From Octopus sinensis (lineage: Eukaryota): a stretch of 64,000 bases of DNA. The translations under genes were made by a program, and so were the position numbers. The DNA is taken from positions 12,400,001 to 12,464,000 of the forward strand of contig NC_043001.1 in the NCBI RefSeq assembly GCF_006345805.1, written 5' to 3'. Of this stretch, positions 40,062 to 53,689 are shown piece by piece (the first letter of the stretch is position 1; each line of letters begins with the position of its first letter). The notes beneath the pieces are model-generated. The model was not told where the DNA came from. It saw only the letters and a list, made by a program, of their open reading frames with translations, and did no database searches.

Positions 40062-41237
40062 GGTGATAGACTGGCAGAAACGTTAGCATACCGGGCGAAA
40101 TACTTAGAAATGGGTACTTCCTCTGCCGTTACGTTCTGAGTTCAAATTCCGCCGGGGTCGACTTTGTCTTTCATCCTTGCGGGGTCGATAAATTAAGTAA
40201 CTGTTACGCACTTGGTTTCGATGTAATCGACTTAACTGGTTTCTCTGTCCTTGTTTGTCCTCTCTGTGTTTAGGCCCTTGTGGGTAGTAAAGAGATAGGT
40301 ATTTCGTCTGCCGCTACGTTCTGAGTTCAAATTCCGCCGAGGTCGACTTTGCCTTTCATCCTTGCGGGGTCGATAAATTAAGTACCAGTTACGCACTAGG
40401 GTCGATGTAATCGACTTAATCCGTTTGTTTGTCCTTGTTTGTTCTCTCTGTGTTTATCCCCTTGTGGGTAGTAAAGAAATAGGTATTTCGTGCCTTTACG
40501 TTCTGAGTTCAAATTAGGCCGAGGACAATTTGCGATTCATGCTTTCGAGGACGATGAAATTATTAACAGTAGCATACTGGGATCGTTCTAATCGACTCGC
40601 TGCCTCACCAAAAATTTCGGGACTTGTACCTAGAGTAGAAAAGATTATTTTCGCGGTGAACTGGCAGAAGTGTTAGCGGGCCGGGTAAAATGCTTAACGG
40701 CATTTCGTCTGCCGCTACTTTCTGAGTTCAAATTCCACCGAGGTCTACTTTGCCTTTCATCCTTTCGGGGTCGATAAATTAAGTACCAGTTGCGCACTGG
40801 GGTCAATATAATCGACTTAATCCGTTTGTCTTTCCTTGTTTGTCCACTCTGTGTTTAGGCCCTTTTGGGTAGTAAAGAAATAAGTATTTCGTCTATCTTT
40901 ACGTTCTGAGTTCAAATTTCACCGAGGTCGACTTTGCCAGTCATCCTTTCGGGGACGATTAAATTAGTACCAGTAACGCACTGGGGTCGATGTAATCAAC
41001 TTAATCCGTTTGTCTGTCCTTGTTTGTCCACTCTGTGTTTAGCCCATTGTGGGTAGTAAAGAAATAGGTATTTCGTCTGTCTTTATGTTCCGAATTCAAA
41101 TTCTGCCGAGGTCGACTTTGCCTTTCATCCTATGGAGGTTGATAAATTAAGTACCAATTACATACTGGGGCCGATTACATCGACAGGCCCCTCTCCTCAA
41201 CAAATGTCAGGCCTCGTGCCTAGAGTAGAAAAGAATA
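40062..41237 (+). mobile_element. Two adjacent SINE family B trimeric arrays
   Basis: Heads at ~40062 and ~40652, each followed by three units and ending CTAGAGTAGAAAAGAxTATT. Confidence 0.85.
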
Positions 41238-41689
41238 TTTGTGTACGACATATCTCGCACGCATTGTTATAATGCTTGTTTGTGTATATGGTCCGTGCCT
41301 GTAAAACTGTGTTTGGCTCCTATAACATTTTCCCACTCAAAGATGGTATTCACTGCTCTATCAGCTACTTTTGCAATGGATTGCACGGAACGCAGCATCG
41401 CTTCCATCTCCTAAGATAATATTGCAGAAAATGTTAAGGAGGATGAACGCCTGTATAGATGATGTTAAAAGTAGTCGAAGATTTTATGCTTACATATACA
41501 CGCAAACACTCACTACTACATAACCATTAATATTCATAATACACACATACGCACACGAACACACATACACATACAGAAACACACAGAATTTCAGGTGTAT
41601 GATGAGTTTCTATGGAAACGTGACAAAATACTAAATAAATTTGACAGCTGGAAAACGTTCTCATGCAAAATACATCAAAACCAATATTA

Positions 41690-41762
41690 ATAATAATGAT
41701 GATCATAATAATAATATTAATAATGATGATAATAAAATTAATAATATAATAATAATAATAAA

Positions 41763-41799
<37 letters not shown>

Positions 41800-41889
41800 T
41801 AATAATAATAATGATAATAATGGTAATAATATAATAATAATAATATAATAATAATGATAATAATGGTAATAATAATAATAATAATAATA

Positions 41890-41933
<44 letters not shown>

Positions 41934-41964
41934 TTTAATGCTGATAACAACAACAATAATAATA

Positions 41965-42001
<37 letters not shown>

Positions 42002-42003
42002 TA

Positions 42004-42064
<61 letters not shown>

Positions 42065-42090
42065 GTTGTTGTTGTTGTTGTTGTTGCTAT
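41690..42090. repeat. (AAT)n tract that flips to (ATT)n/(GTT)n at ~42000
   Basis: Directly visible. Confidence 0.9.
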
Positions 42091-42384
42091 CATAAGGGGG
42101 ATGCTGATGAGGGCAAGAGGAGAGGCTATGTGTGAGAGAGCACACTAGAAGAACGTCACATTATATTCTAACGACGCATTTACGTAAATCTAGTTAAATG
42201 TGGCCGAAATTAGACAGAGCCTCTCTTTCTTTTCAATACTGGAAATCTTTACAACTTTTATAGGACATTTAACGATTTTGTTCGATCGATTTTTAAATAG
42301 AAATACCATGTGTTACTTTCATTTTGTCTGCAAAGTCGATTACTATGCGATTGTCAGCCTACGTTCATTTTCTTTCTTACTAAT

Positions 42385-42502
42385 ACTACTACCACCACTA
42401 CTACTGCTGCTACTAATGCTACTACTACTACTACTGCTACTACTACTACTATTGTTGCTACTACTACTACTACTACTATTGCTACTACTGCTACTACTAC
42501 TA

Positions 42503-42543
<41 letters not shown>

Positions 42544-42950
42544 ACCACTAACACCATAACAACTACTATCACCACCACTGACATTACCACCATCACTGCC
42601 ACTACTATAACCACTACTTCTACTACTACTGTTACTACTACTACTACTCCTACTACCACTACTACTACTACGACCACAACTACTATTACCACCATCGACA
42701 TTACCACCATCAATGCCACTACTACTACTACTACTACCACTACAACTACTACTGCTACCACTACCACAACCACCATCACCACCACAACTACACTCACCAC
42801 CATCAATGCCACTACTACTACTACTACTACTACTGCTACTACTGATGCTGCTGCTTATGCTATTACTGCTGCTGTTGCTGCTGAATCCACTATTAGTACG
42901 ACCTCTAGTACAACTACTTCGAGTACTATTCTAGATTCAACTTCGACTAT
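42385..42950. repeat. Compound (ACT)/(ACC)/(GCT)n trinucleotide tract
   Basis: Directly visible. It produces the poly-Thr/poly-Val ORFs. Confidence 0.9.
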
Positions 42951-43145
42951 AATATAGGTTTCCAATTTTGGCACAAGGGCAGGACTGTTGGTGTCACTAC
43001 GTTCTGAGCTCAAATTCCACCGAGGTCGACTTTGCCTTTCAGGGTCGATTAAAGAAGTACCAGTTAAGCACATGATCTCGATATAATCGTGTAAAACCCT
43101 TCCACCAAATTTGAGACCTTGTGCTTCCAGTAGAAAGGATCATTA

Positions 43146-43228
<83 letters not shown>

Positions 43229-43785
43229 GAGTGAGAGAGCAGTTCATGCCATCAAAGTGACACTGGGGTAAAATATACGAAGCCCAATATACCCATCATG
43301 ACTACCTGTCTGATAAGGGTACACCAGGCACATGCATCACAACCACGTGTGCACGACATGGTGATCTCATATCAAGATAAACAGCACATGACCTTGCAGG
43401 TGGGGGCCCAGTTAGAATTTTCTTCTGGTCAATTAATCCATCTCGCTCAAAAGGTCTCTGAATAAGGATTGTTTAAGGATGTTGAAAGAACCACCCATGT
43501 TTCCAGAGGTGAATTATTCAAACCCAAAAGAATCCCTCTCATCACATGACTATGATGCTCCCCCACAACTTCTGCTCGTGATCAGAGACTCACATATCGT
43601 CAGCCACAAAGGGTCATGTTCAACTGCTTAAGGTCAAACAACTGACAAGCAAATCTGTGATATTGAGCAGAATATTTGCTGTAGCCCATCTTTTGTGCCA
43701 AGACAAAACAATGTAAATGATAAAACTTCCAATCAGTTAAGATCAACTGCGATGAGAGCCACTGCCTGGTACTGCATCAGGGCAT
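43229..43785 (-). mobile_element. Full-length family D element (557 bp); a decayed SINE B lies at ~42960-43140
   Basis: Same ends and length as 38317-38873. Confidence 0.88.
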
Positions 43786-43847
43786 TGTTATTATTATTAT
43801 TATTATTGTTTGAAAGAGAAGTACATGCCATAAAAGTGACACTGGGG

Positions 43848-43895
<48 letters not shown>

Positions 43896-44074
43896 GCCTT
43901 AGTTCTTGTCTATTGGTGAGTCAAAAGGACATGCAGCATCAACTATATAGCATATTGTTGTTGTTGTTGGCTGAATCGTTAGCACGGTGGCCGTAATGCT
44001 TAGCGGCATTATTTAGAATTAAGCAAGGTCAATAACGACATTAATCTATCTATCTATCTATCTACCTATCTATC

Positions 44075-44161
<87 letters not shown>

Positions 44162-44164
<3 letters not shown>

Positions 44165-44810
44165 AAATATTAGGGAATAAATCCAAACTTACAGGGAAAA
44201 ATCAGATTTAGGATTGAATCCAATTTTATAGTAAAATATTATACTATATTAAATTAGAGACAAAACCACTATTAGGCAAATCAAACAATGAAAAACTTAA
44301 GCCAATACATAAGATTATTTAATTTATATTATTTAAATATATAACAAAATTATTAAAAAAATATAATTAATATCACACTACGATCGTTTCCTGCCTGCTA
44401 ACATCTTCAGATTTTTGAGTCGCAGTCATTCATCAGGTGGTTTAAATATCTAAAATATAATCAATATTTTTAAGATATAAATAATATATATAATATAATA
44501 ATTTTACTTATAATAAATTCTATTATTAAATATGATTATATCGAAATCGACTATAATGTTAAATATTAACTTTAATTTATAAGGTAGAAAACCCATAATC
44601 TAATATCAATATTAGTCTATATCTAATTACATAAAAATTTAAAATGACTAATATATATAAATTATCAATGAAAATATATATGAATATTATAATCAAGATC
44701 TAAAATAATCTCTATAAATAATTGTATATAATGAAATAATCTTATGTATTGGCTTAAGTTTTTCATTGTTTGATTTGCCTAATAGTGGTTTTGTCTCTAA
44801 TTTAATATAA
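44162..44810. mobile_element. Family H2 fold-back element, second copy, with an AT-rich spacer
   Basis: 44162-44450 matches 29974-30260. Right inverted arm 44734-44810. (TA)n on both flanks. Confidence 0.88.
44374..44445 (-). ncRNA. Type I hammerhead ribozyme motif (H2 sibling)
   Basis: CAC-CUGAUGA-AUGACUGC..GCAGGCAG-GAAA-CGAUCG-UA-GUG. Confidence 0.65.
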
Positions 44811-45419
44811 TATATATATATATATATATACATATCACGCTGATTCTAACAATTCAAACAATATCAATATTATTGTTGTTATTGTTATTATTACTATTTA
44901 AGTTGTTTACATTTTGATAAGCATGTTTCTTGCAATAATTTGTCCAAGGATGAATGAACGTTAAGAGATATTACAGCATGACTGAAAGCTCAAGAAGGGG
45001 AAGTAGCAGAGGCAGTAGAGACCTATCTGTACGTAATACAACACAGACAATATTGATACAAATTACTTGATACGTTCACTTATGAATGTTCTACTCACTT
45101 TCATTAAAAATTTAATTTACTTGAAGTGTGCAAAATATAATATACTACCATATTCAATATACAGTAAGCATAACAGTGAGGTTCTTGAAATAATAGCATT
45201 TTAAATTGCACTTAAGCATAAATATTTTATCAGATGTCTTAGGATTATGGCTCTTCTTATAAATAATGGAATTTCTATATATGTGAGTATATTTTAATTT
45301 ATTGAAATATTGCCACAAGCTAAGCGTTATGCCACATGCGTAGACATATTTTATTCAGAAGAACACTACATTTCGAAGGCGATGTGTTGACTGAGTCGTT
45401 AACAGGTTAGACTAAATCA

Positions 45420-45838
45420 AGGCGGCGAGCTGGCAGAAACGTTAGAACGCCGGGTGAAATGCGTAGCCGTATTTCGTCTGCCGCTACGTTCTGAGTTCAA
45501 ATTCCGTCGAGGTCGACTTTGCCTTTCATACTTTCAAGGTCGATGAATTAAGTACCAGTTATGCACTGGAGTTGATGTAATCGACTTAATCCGTTTGTCA
45601 GTCCTTGTTTGTCCTGTCTGTATTTAGTCCGTTGTGGGTAGTAAAGAAATAGGTATTTCGTCTGCCGCTACGTTCTGAGTTTAAATTCCGCCGAGGTTGA
45701 CTTTGCCTTTCATACCTTCGGGGTCGATAAATTAAGTACCAGTTACGCACTGGGGCCGATGTAATCGACTTAATCCGTTTGTCTGTCCTTGTTTGTCCCC
45801 TCTATGTTTAGCCCCTTGTGGGTAGTAAAGAATTAGGT
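45420..45838 (+). mobile_element. SINE family B: head plus two tandem units
   Basis: Same junction AAAGAAATAG|GTATTTCGTC as in the other arrays. Confidence 0.88.
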
Positions 45839-48427
45839 TAGACAAAATTCTTTAGCTGTTTTTGGCATCTTCTGACGTGGCCAACTTGTCTCTATCCTCT
45901 CAGGGTCTATTCTGGATATTTATAGTCAAGTACTGTGTTCAATGTAAACGTGTAGTCCATTGTCATCATAACTGTGGACATTAAGGCTGCCCATGAATAG
46001 GCGTACACTTTCAGGGGAATGTTCACATAAGGCCAATACATGTTGGTACCGGGGTCGTCGCAAGTCCTTTCAACAGGGAGGCTGAGTGAACTGGAGAAAC
46101 GTGTCTTGCTGAAGAGCACAACACACACACTGCTCCGGGAATCGAACTCAGTACCTCATAATTGTGAGCCAGACTCTCTAAGAACTGAACATGCGCCTTC
46201 ATCGTATGATACACAATTTCCCACGAATACATATAGCTCACACAGCAGGAAGGCCATTATGAGGAGTTAAATCGCACAAACACAGTATATTTACGTCAGG
46301 TAGAGCACATGAACTACTTGTAAGATCTATAAGGCCATAAAAGTCCCTTAATATCTCGATATTGCAATCTTGGTGGCATGAAAGTATTGAAAGGAAATGC
46401 AACAGGAAAAAAGAATATCAATGAACTACTACTTCGAAACCTCCAGCTTCTATAGCCAGACTATGAAGTCATATTTATACAAATAATAATTGGAGCAATA
46501 GGTTTTGTTAGTAAATGTTTAAAGAAGAATCTGGATAAACTTTCAATAAAAGTCTACCGGCTGATTCGTACATTACAAGTGCAACCTGTGAGTAGAACAG
46601 TAAAAATATGCAAGACTATTCTAAAGTTTCAAATGTGAATTTGTTCTTTGTTAACTACATCCCAAAGATGGAGCCTTGTATTTTTGTTGGGAAGCGGCTC
46701 CCTTCTCAGTGGAAGATTTATAATAATGAAACAATAGAAGAGACATACATGCATACATACACACACTTATGTACGGGTGTATGTATCCATATATCTTGTT
46801 TTAGGTATAGCTATACCAATCTATCTATCTATTTATCTATCAATAAGAAGTGCGTTTCAAACAGAGGTGCGTGGACCCAAACTAAATGTTAGGTAAAATA
46901 TGTGTGAAATCACATGTAATATGCATTCGTATCTATGACAATGGAACAACAGATATGTTGTAGTTAAATTTGTGATTAGAATAAAATGCCGTGTTTAATG
47001 AATTTGAAATGATAAGTTTGCTCCAGTGAATTTTGTAAAATCTTCACCCACCGAAAAAGTATATGTAATAGAATGAAAAAAAACAACAATAGAATATGCA
47101 ACATTGATTATCAGAAAGAAACTTTACGCTGCTAAACAGAAGCAATGATCAGAATCTGAGAAATAGATGGTACCTCCTGCCTTTTCAGAATGAATTTACC
47201 AAAGTTAGAACCACAACGATGTATTATGTAATGTCAGCAGTGATATATACGATTGACTCAAATCTGACTATGCATGTAGACTTCGAATAAATTAAAACAA
47301 ACGGTCACAGTTTTATAGATACGATGGATTTTCAATTTCATGTAACCCTAACGCCTCTGTTTACACAATCATATTATTAACTCAATAAAATTATTTACTC
47401 ATGATAAATCATGATATCACATCCGATGACATGTCAAATATTAACTATATTCGACGCTAAAATTACAGATGATCAACATTAATAAATATGCCATTCCGAT
47501 TTGCAACACAATAAAAAATGTTATTAGCAATAATAGCAGGAAATTATCTCATATGAGAATATATTGAATTGAGGAATGGCTTATTCCAATAACGCATTCG
47601 GATGAATTGAGTTATAATAAAGGAAACATATGGATACAGTGTCTTATCAAATGAAAGCTACCGGCTATCATCAACTGATGACACCTAAATCTACCTCTAA
47701 AATTTGAAATCAAATATACTTGGAAGTGCTTAAAGTAACAAAAAAAAAAAAAATTAAACCAGTTCGATTTGAAAAACATAGCAGGGTAGTAAAATGTAAA
47801 ATTCCAATGCCGTATTGAAGAATTTCGCGACTATTTACAAATTTATTAATGTTGATCATCTATTTTATATAGAAAGCAGGATATCAGCCTGCTTATCAGA
47901 AAAAAATTCAAAAAAGCAAAGCATGTTTTGTAAATTATTTTATTACATGCGTTTTAATTTTTTACTTATCAGAAGGAACTCTGGGAATCAATTATTAATA
48001 TAAAGATATAAAAAACAATAAGGAAATATTAATTACTATTCAATGACACTTGAATAAAGGACATATTGCGCACATTTATATTATCATTTGTAATTGATCA
48101 GATATAGATCGCATAATATGAATAATGCAAGAATTTCCAAAGATAAGCAGAATTTTAACAGCGAAGCGTAATAATCATATAAGTCGATTTTATTCCAAAC
48201 CCTACATGATGCCAAAATGCAGTCACGAACCGAATCTAATTCAAAAGAGAGAAATACTTTTGCGATCACATGCAAAAAAAGATTACTTACACATGGATAA
48301 ACACACACACACACACATAGGCAAATATACACAGATGCAGTTTACTTGAGTAGACATACGCATGAATGAATAAAAGATAGAAAACTACCGACGATATATG
48401 CATACATATATACATACAGATATACAT

Positions 48428-48482
<55 letters not shown>

Positions 48483-48578
48483 AATGAAAGAATGGAGTTG
48501 AACGACGAATTAACAAAATTCCTTTATTCTCGACATATGTTTCGAATTATCCATAATAAGATAATTCATTCAACTACT

Positions 48579-48650
<72 letters not shown>

Positions 48651-49104
48651 GAGAGAGAGAAGACGGAGAAAATGGAGAGGTAATTAATAAAATAATATTT
48701 ATTAATTATAAAATATGACATATCTGACATCTTACTTTTTCAATATATAAATATATGAATCATGGCTTATATAGTTGACTTTGTATGGATTGGTATTTGA
48801 ACAGTATCTTCGTTGGATTTTATTATTTCTTAATGAGGTTTATGACAATCCTATTATTTTATTGATACCACTATATAAAATACAATATACTAATGTGAAT
48901 CTCGATTATCTCTTATATTGTTTCAAAGTTTTATAAAAAAACAATGTCTACATAAATCTTCCGATTGGCAAACAATTAATTTTGTTTATATAATAATATC
49001 TATAGCAATTCTCTTGTTCAAAGTCAGCAGACAAACAATGTATATGGTGCAGCCGAGTCAACCATACATCAGGATAATTTATAGATAACGTGCTTTTGTT
49101 TGAA

Positions 49105-49755
49105 TAGGAGTGACTGTGTAGTAAGTAGCTTGTAAGAAGGCGGCGAGCTGGCACAACAGTGAGCACGCTGGGCGAAATGCGTAGCCGTATTCCGTCTGCC
49201 CTTACGTTCTGAGTTCAAATTCCGCCGAGGTCGACTTTGCCTTTCATCATTTCTGGGTCGATAAATTAAGTACCAGTTACGCACTGGGGTCGATGTAATC
49301 GACTTAATCCATTTGTCTGTCCTTGTTTGTCCCCTCTATGTTTAGCCCCTTGTGGGCAAAAAAGAGAAATAAGTAGCTTGTTTAACAACCACATGGTACC
49401 GAGTTCACTCCCACTGCGTGGCGTCTTGGGCAAGTGTCTTCTGCTATAGCCCCGGGCCGACCAAAGCCTTGTGAGTGGATTTGGTAGACGGAAACTGAAA
49501 GAAGCCCGTCGTATATATGTATATATAAGTATATGTGTGTGTGCGTGTATGTTTGTGTTTGTTCCCCTAGCATTGCTTGAAAACCGATGCTGGTGTGTTT
49601 ATGTTCCCGTCACTTAGCGGTTCGGCAAAAGAGACCAATAAAATAAGTACTGGGCTTACAAAGAATAAGTCCCAGGGTCGAGTTGCTCGATTAAAGGCGG
49701 TGCTCCAGCATGGCCGCAGTCAAATGACTGAAACAAGTAAAAGAGTAAAAGAGTA
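49105..49755 (+). mobile_element. SINE A interrupted by a SINE B insertion (49134-49369) with a 12-bp TSD
   Basis: TSD TAAGTAGCTTGT at 49122-49133 and 49370-49381. Confidence 0.88.
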
Positions 49756-50039
49756 AAAGATATATAGCCAATGAAGTAGTGCTCCTCGTTATATTCGGTG
49801 TAATTGACTGTATATCTGCTAAAAACTTTGTTTAAAGTTAATAAAGCTCCCTATATATCCCTTCCTGTGTGAGGTTTTGTAACAGTGCACATATATATAA
49901 CGTTGAATCATCTACATTTGCCTTCTAAAAGACATGATGTTTCATTTTTACATCTGCAATATTTAGTTGTATATTTCTGTTCCGTGTTATCAGATTTAAT
50001 GTTTTTAAGATTGTTATAGTGTGTGGTATTATATTTGAA

Positions 50040-50800
50040 TTTGTTGTGGAATCATTTATAATAGAATTAGGTAAATTTACTTTTTGTATATTACTATTGT
50101 TATTAGTTTGTGTTATTAGATTATATAAAGTCCTGTAATATCCTATGGTTTGGATATTTTGGGATGTATAATTATTGGAATTTTGCTGAGATCCTTTTAA
50201 TGTTATAGTATTGCTACGTATTCTCGTAACACTATCTCTTGAACTACTATTATATTGAGTATTATTTGGTGTTCTAAGACTAGTGTGTATTCATTACTAG
50301 TATTATAGGTGTCAGCATTATTTCTGAAACAATGTTTATTTTTATCAAAATTTCCTCTCTTAGCGCTGGCGATATTTGAGCTCATGCTCGGCAATGTAGA
50401 AACATATATTTTCATTGTTGATCTATGAAATATACGGTGACACAGGATTGTTAAGAAAAGTATTTTTCACGGTATTTAGAAATATTTTTACGAGTCATAT
50501 AACATTTATTGAAAAAGGTGGCGCGTACCAAATAATATCCCTTTTCCCACTCATACTAGGTTATTTATTATAGATATAGACACTTTTTGGAATTTACATG
50601 GTATTTCCCGAGGGTTTTTTGCTATTCTTATATCCGGTTCTATGTCTACTGTAGAGTTTTATAGGCTTTTGTCATGTTTACGGAGGGTATTTCTTAACCT
50701 ATATTTATAAAGTTTTCATCAATAGTATATAATCATACTAATTGAATCTCTAAATACCTTTAAGGTTGTAGACATTTGTCATACCAAGAGTACTTATTTA
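50040..50800 (-). mobile_element. Decayed Penelope-like RT relic
   Basis: Minus-strand echoes GKYHVNSK, VRATFFNKCYMTRKNISKY (cf. RPIVxxxGSPTYNLSKY), *DITGLY (cf. DVTSLY). Weak. Confidence 0.35.
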
Positions 50801-50984
50801 AAATCCAGTATACATCATTCTCGTTGAATATATCTCATTAACTATATATACATATAGATATATATATATATGTGGGGGTGTATATATATGTATATATGCA
50901 GATCTACATACACACAAAATATATATATAATATATATATATTATATATATATTATATATATATATATATATATGTTTCTGTATA

Positions 50985-51207
50985 ACGCACAAGGGGCTAA
51001 ACATAGAGGGGACAAACAAGGACAGACAAAAGGATTAAGTCGATTATATCGACCCCAGTGCGTAACATGTACTTAATTTGTCGACCTCCGAAAGGATGAA
51101 AGGCAAAGTCGACCTCGACGGGATATGAACTCAGAACGTTAACGGCAGACCAAATACGGCTACGCTTTTCGCACGGCGTACTAACGGTTCTGCCAGCTCG
51201 CCGCCTT
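50985..51207 (-). mobile_element. SINE family B monomer
   Basis: Family match. Confidence 0.85.
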
Positions 51208-51230
51208 ACATATATATATTTTTTTCAACA

Positions 51231-51431
51231 TGTGACCTCGTGAGCACCGCCAGCAATTTTTTTTCCTCTGTCTTCCCTTCTCGGGATCTTTCCTTCTCCT
51301 TTGTTTCCGACGAAGAGCTCCGCTCGAAACGTTAAACCCTCCTTCCCTTTTTTCCTGAGCGTCCAATAATACTTTATTTGTTCCACGTCCTCGCGTTGCT
51401 GTGTTTTTTGTGTTTTCTTGTTTGGATTAAC
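51231..51431 (+). mobile_element. Family H1 element ending at (TA)n
   Basis: Homologous to 27347-27541. Confidence 0.75.
51303..51337 (+). ncRNA. Minimal hammerhead motif with ACGU palindromic stem III (U4C variant)
   Basis: GUUU-CCGACGA-A-GAGC-UCC-GCUC-GAAA-CG-UU-AAAC. Confidence 0.6.
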
Positions 51432-51434
51432 TAT

Positions 51435-51466
<32 letters not shown>

Positions 51467-53689
51467 CATACATACATACATGCATACATACATGCATACA
51501 TACATATATACATAGGTACATACATACATACATACGTACATACATACATAGTCACACGTGTCTGTGTGTGTACGTGTATCTAAGTATATGCCCATTTCAT
51601 AAAAAGGTGATCATAGATAAAGTATCCTTCATATGAGTCTAACATTGATTTTAAAGGTGTCGTCCCTAATAATTAATAAAATTTGCAGTATTAATCGCAA
51701 CAGGAATAATCAACAAAATATAATTGATTGTATTGATATCGATCTCGTTAGATGATGTTTAATAAAATACTTCTCCCTGCTGTGAATTAGTAACGAGACA
51801 AAAATTATGATGTAACTTCGTATTAACAATGTCACAATATAATTCGTTCTGGAGCTGTGTATATTTTAGAAACATCTAGAAGAACGTTAAAATTCTTCTA
51901 TGATGTAAAGCGCATTAAAAGAAATCAACCAAATATTAATGTAATTGAGCTGCATAAAATGTCACATATACGGTTTCATTTGATGCATAAAATTTTTGCT
52001 GTGAGTCTTATGTATACGATTTTATTATTTAATCTGTTTCTAAATATAGTAGGTTAATTCAGGTCTACATGTATAGAATACGGCACCGGTTTCGATTAGG
52101 AAATAAATCGTTCATCTTTTCCGTATTTTAATTCTACACATCTATTATGATCCTCAAAATGAAGACGTCGTGCTGGCAGAATCGTTGCTACGTCGGAAAA
52201 ATGATTAGCAACATTACAGTTCTTAGTAATCTTATTTCAAATACTGCTGGATACGACGTTTTCTTTCGCGAGAAAGAAAACAAGTTTATCACTGTAGTTT
52301 GTAGTTTATAAAGTAAACAAAAGCTATTCATTTACATGCGTGTACAGACAGACATACAGACACACACGCACGCATATATATAGGTACCTGTAAAAACCAC
52401 GCATCTCTGGAGCCCGTGGTTCGATTTACGTGAAACTTGTCTTATTCTATTTGGCCACCTTGCTTTAACAGTTTTTTTTACCATTATACACTGGTTTCGC
52501 TCTATTAAGTTACAGACAAGCAAGCACACAAAAAATATCGCGAAAAAAATAATGCGAAATTTGTTTTATTCTGTTTGTATTCACATTACGAAGGTAGCTT
52601 ACTTTCAGAGTATTTTCCCATTATGCGCCGGTTTGGTTGTATCAAATTCCAGAGAAGCATGTAAACACGCAAGCACGCAAGCAAGGACAGGCGTTTAGTA
52701 TTTCATAGATATATAAAATTCTGATTTTGTTGGTACTCTAATGTATATTAGACAAGTGTTTCCAACAATTATACTCCAATGTGCTTCCAGCTTTGTTTTC
52801 ACTGCAACGTACTTTTTCCATCTTCACCAAAATTCCGTCACTAAATTATGTATTTTTGCATGCCACTCTGTGAACATTGAAACATTTCTTACCGAAACAA
52901 ATTCGTTGTTTCTGTATACTGCCATCACATCATCTATTCCCTTCATTCTTTTCTCGAATTTTCAAATTTCGAATGCGCTTTTGGGGAATATCTGTGTAAT
53001 ATCTCTGGAAGTTGTCAGCAGACAGATATGACAGAAACTAAGCGTGATAATACAGTAAATTTTTCCAAAAGTTATCATCACTGAATTATCGATGAAGACA
53101 TTACATAATGATGTACACCTTTAGTTTGATAAAAATTCGTTGTCGTTAATGATGTTATTTTCGTTAACATGTCTCCATATGTGATCATTTCCCAGGAACT
53201 GTATTTATCATAAAACGGCATCGTGAATTTATCTTAAAGCAAAAACCTCATGGTACAATTTAAATCACTTGTAATCCATTAATTCTGGGTTAACATACAA
53301 AATAAAGATTAGTAGGGAGATAATGATTGTTGATTTAGTCAATAGAACAGAGGTGCAGTACCCTAGCGCTTAACCCAACTGCACATGAGCTACACGTAAC
53401 CAAAACGATAATATTAGGGAGCATCTAAGGTTAGTGTACTTTGGAGCGGAGCAAGCCAGCAGAATCGTAAACGTGACGGACACAAATGCTCAGTGCCATG
53501 TCTTATGAGTCACTATGTTCTGATTTCGGATATTATACATGTCTACTTTGCTTTTAATCTTTTAAGAGATTGAGAACTTAAGAACCAGTTGAGAAGTGCT
53601 GTTGTTAGAATCACAATTCTTCCATTAACCATAATTATATATACGTACATCTGCATGTGTGGGGAATTCTTTCTTTGGGTGTATTTGTG

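Noticed and set aside
42310-42957. 215-aa mucin-like poly-Thr ORF
   Set aside because: It lies entirely in a compound trinucleotide tract that is open in several frames on both strands, with no splice or domain evidence.
45440-45620. HDV-like ribozyme in the SINE B unit (GGTATTT/AAGTACC could form P1)
   Set aside because: The required P3-L3-P1' adjacency and J4/2 catalytic C do not fit.
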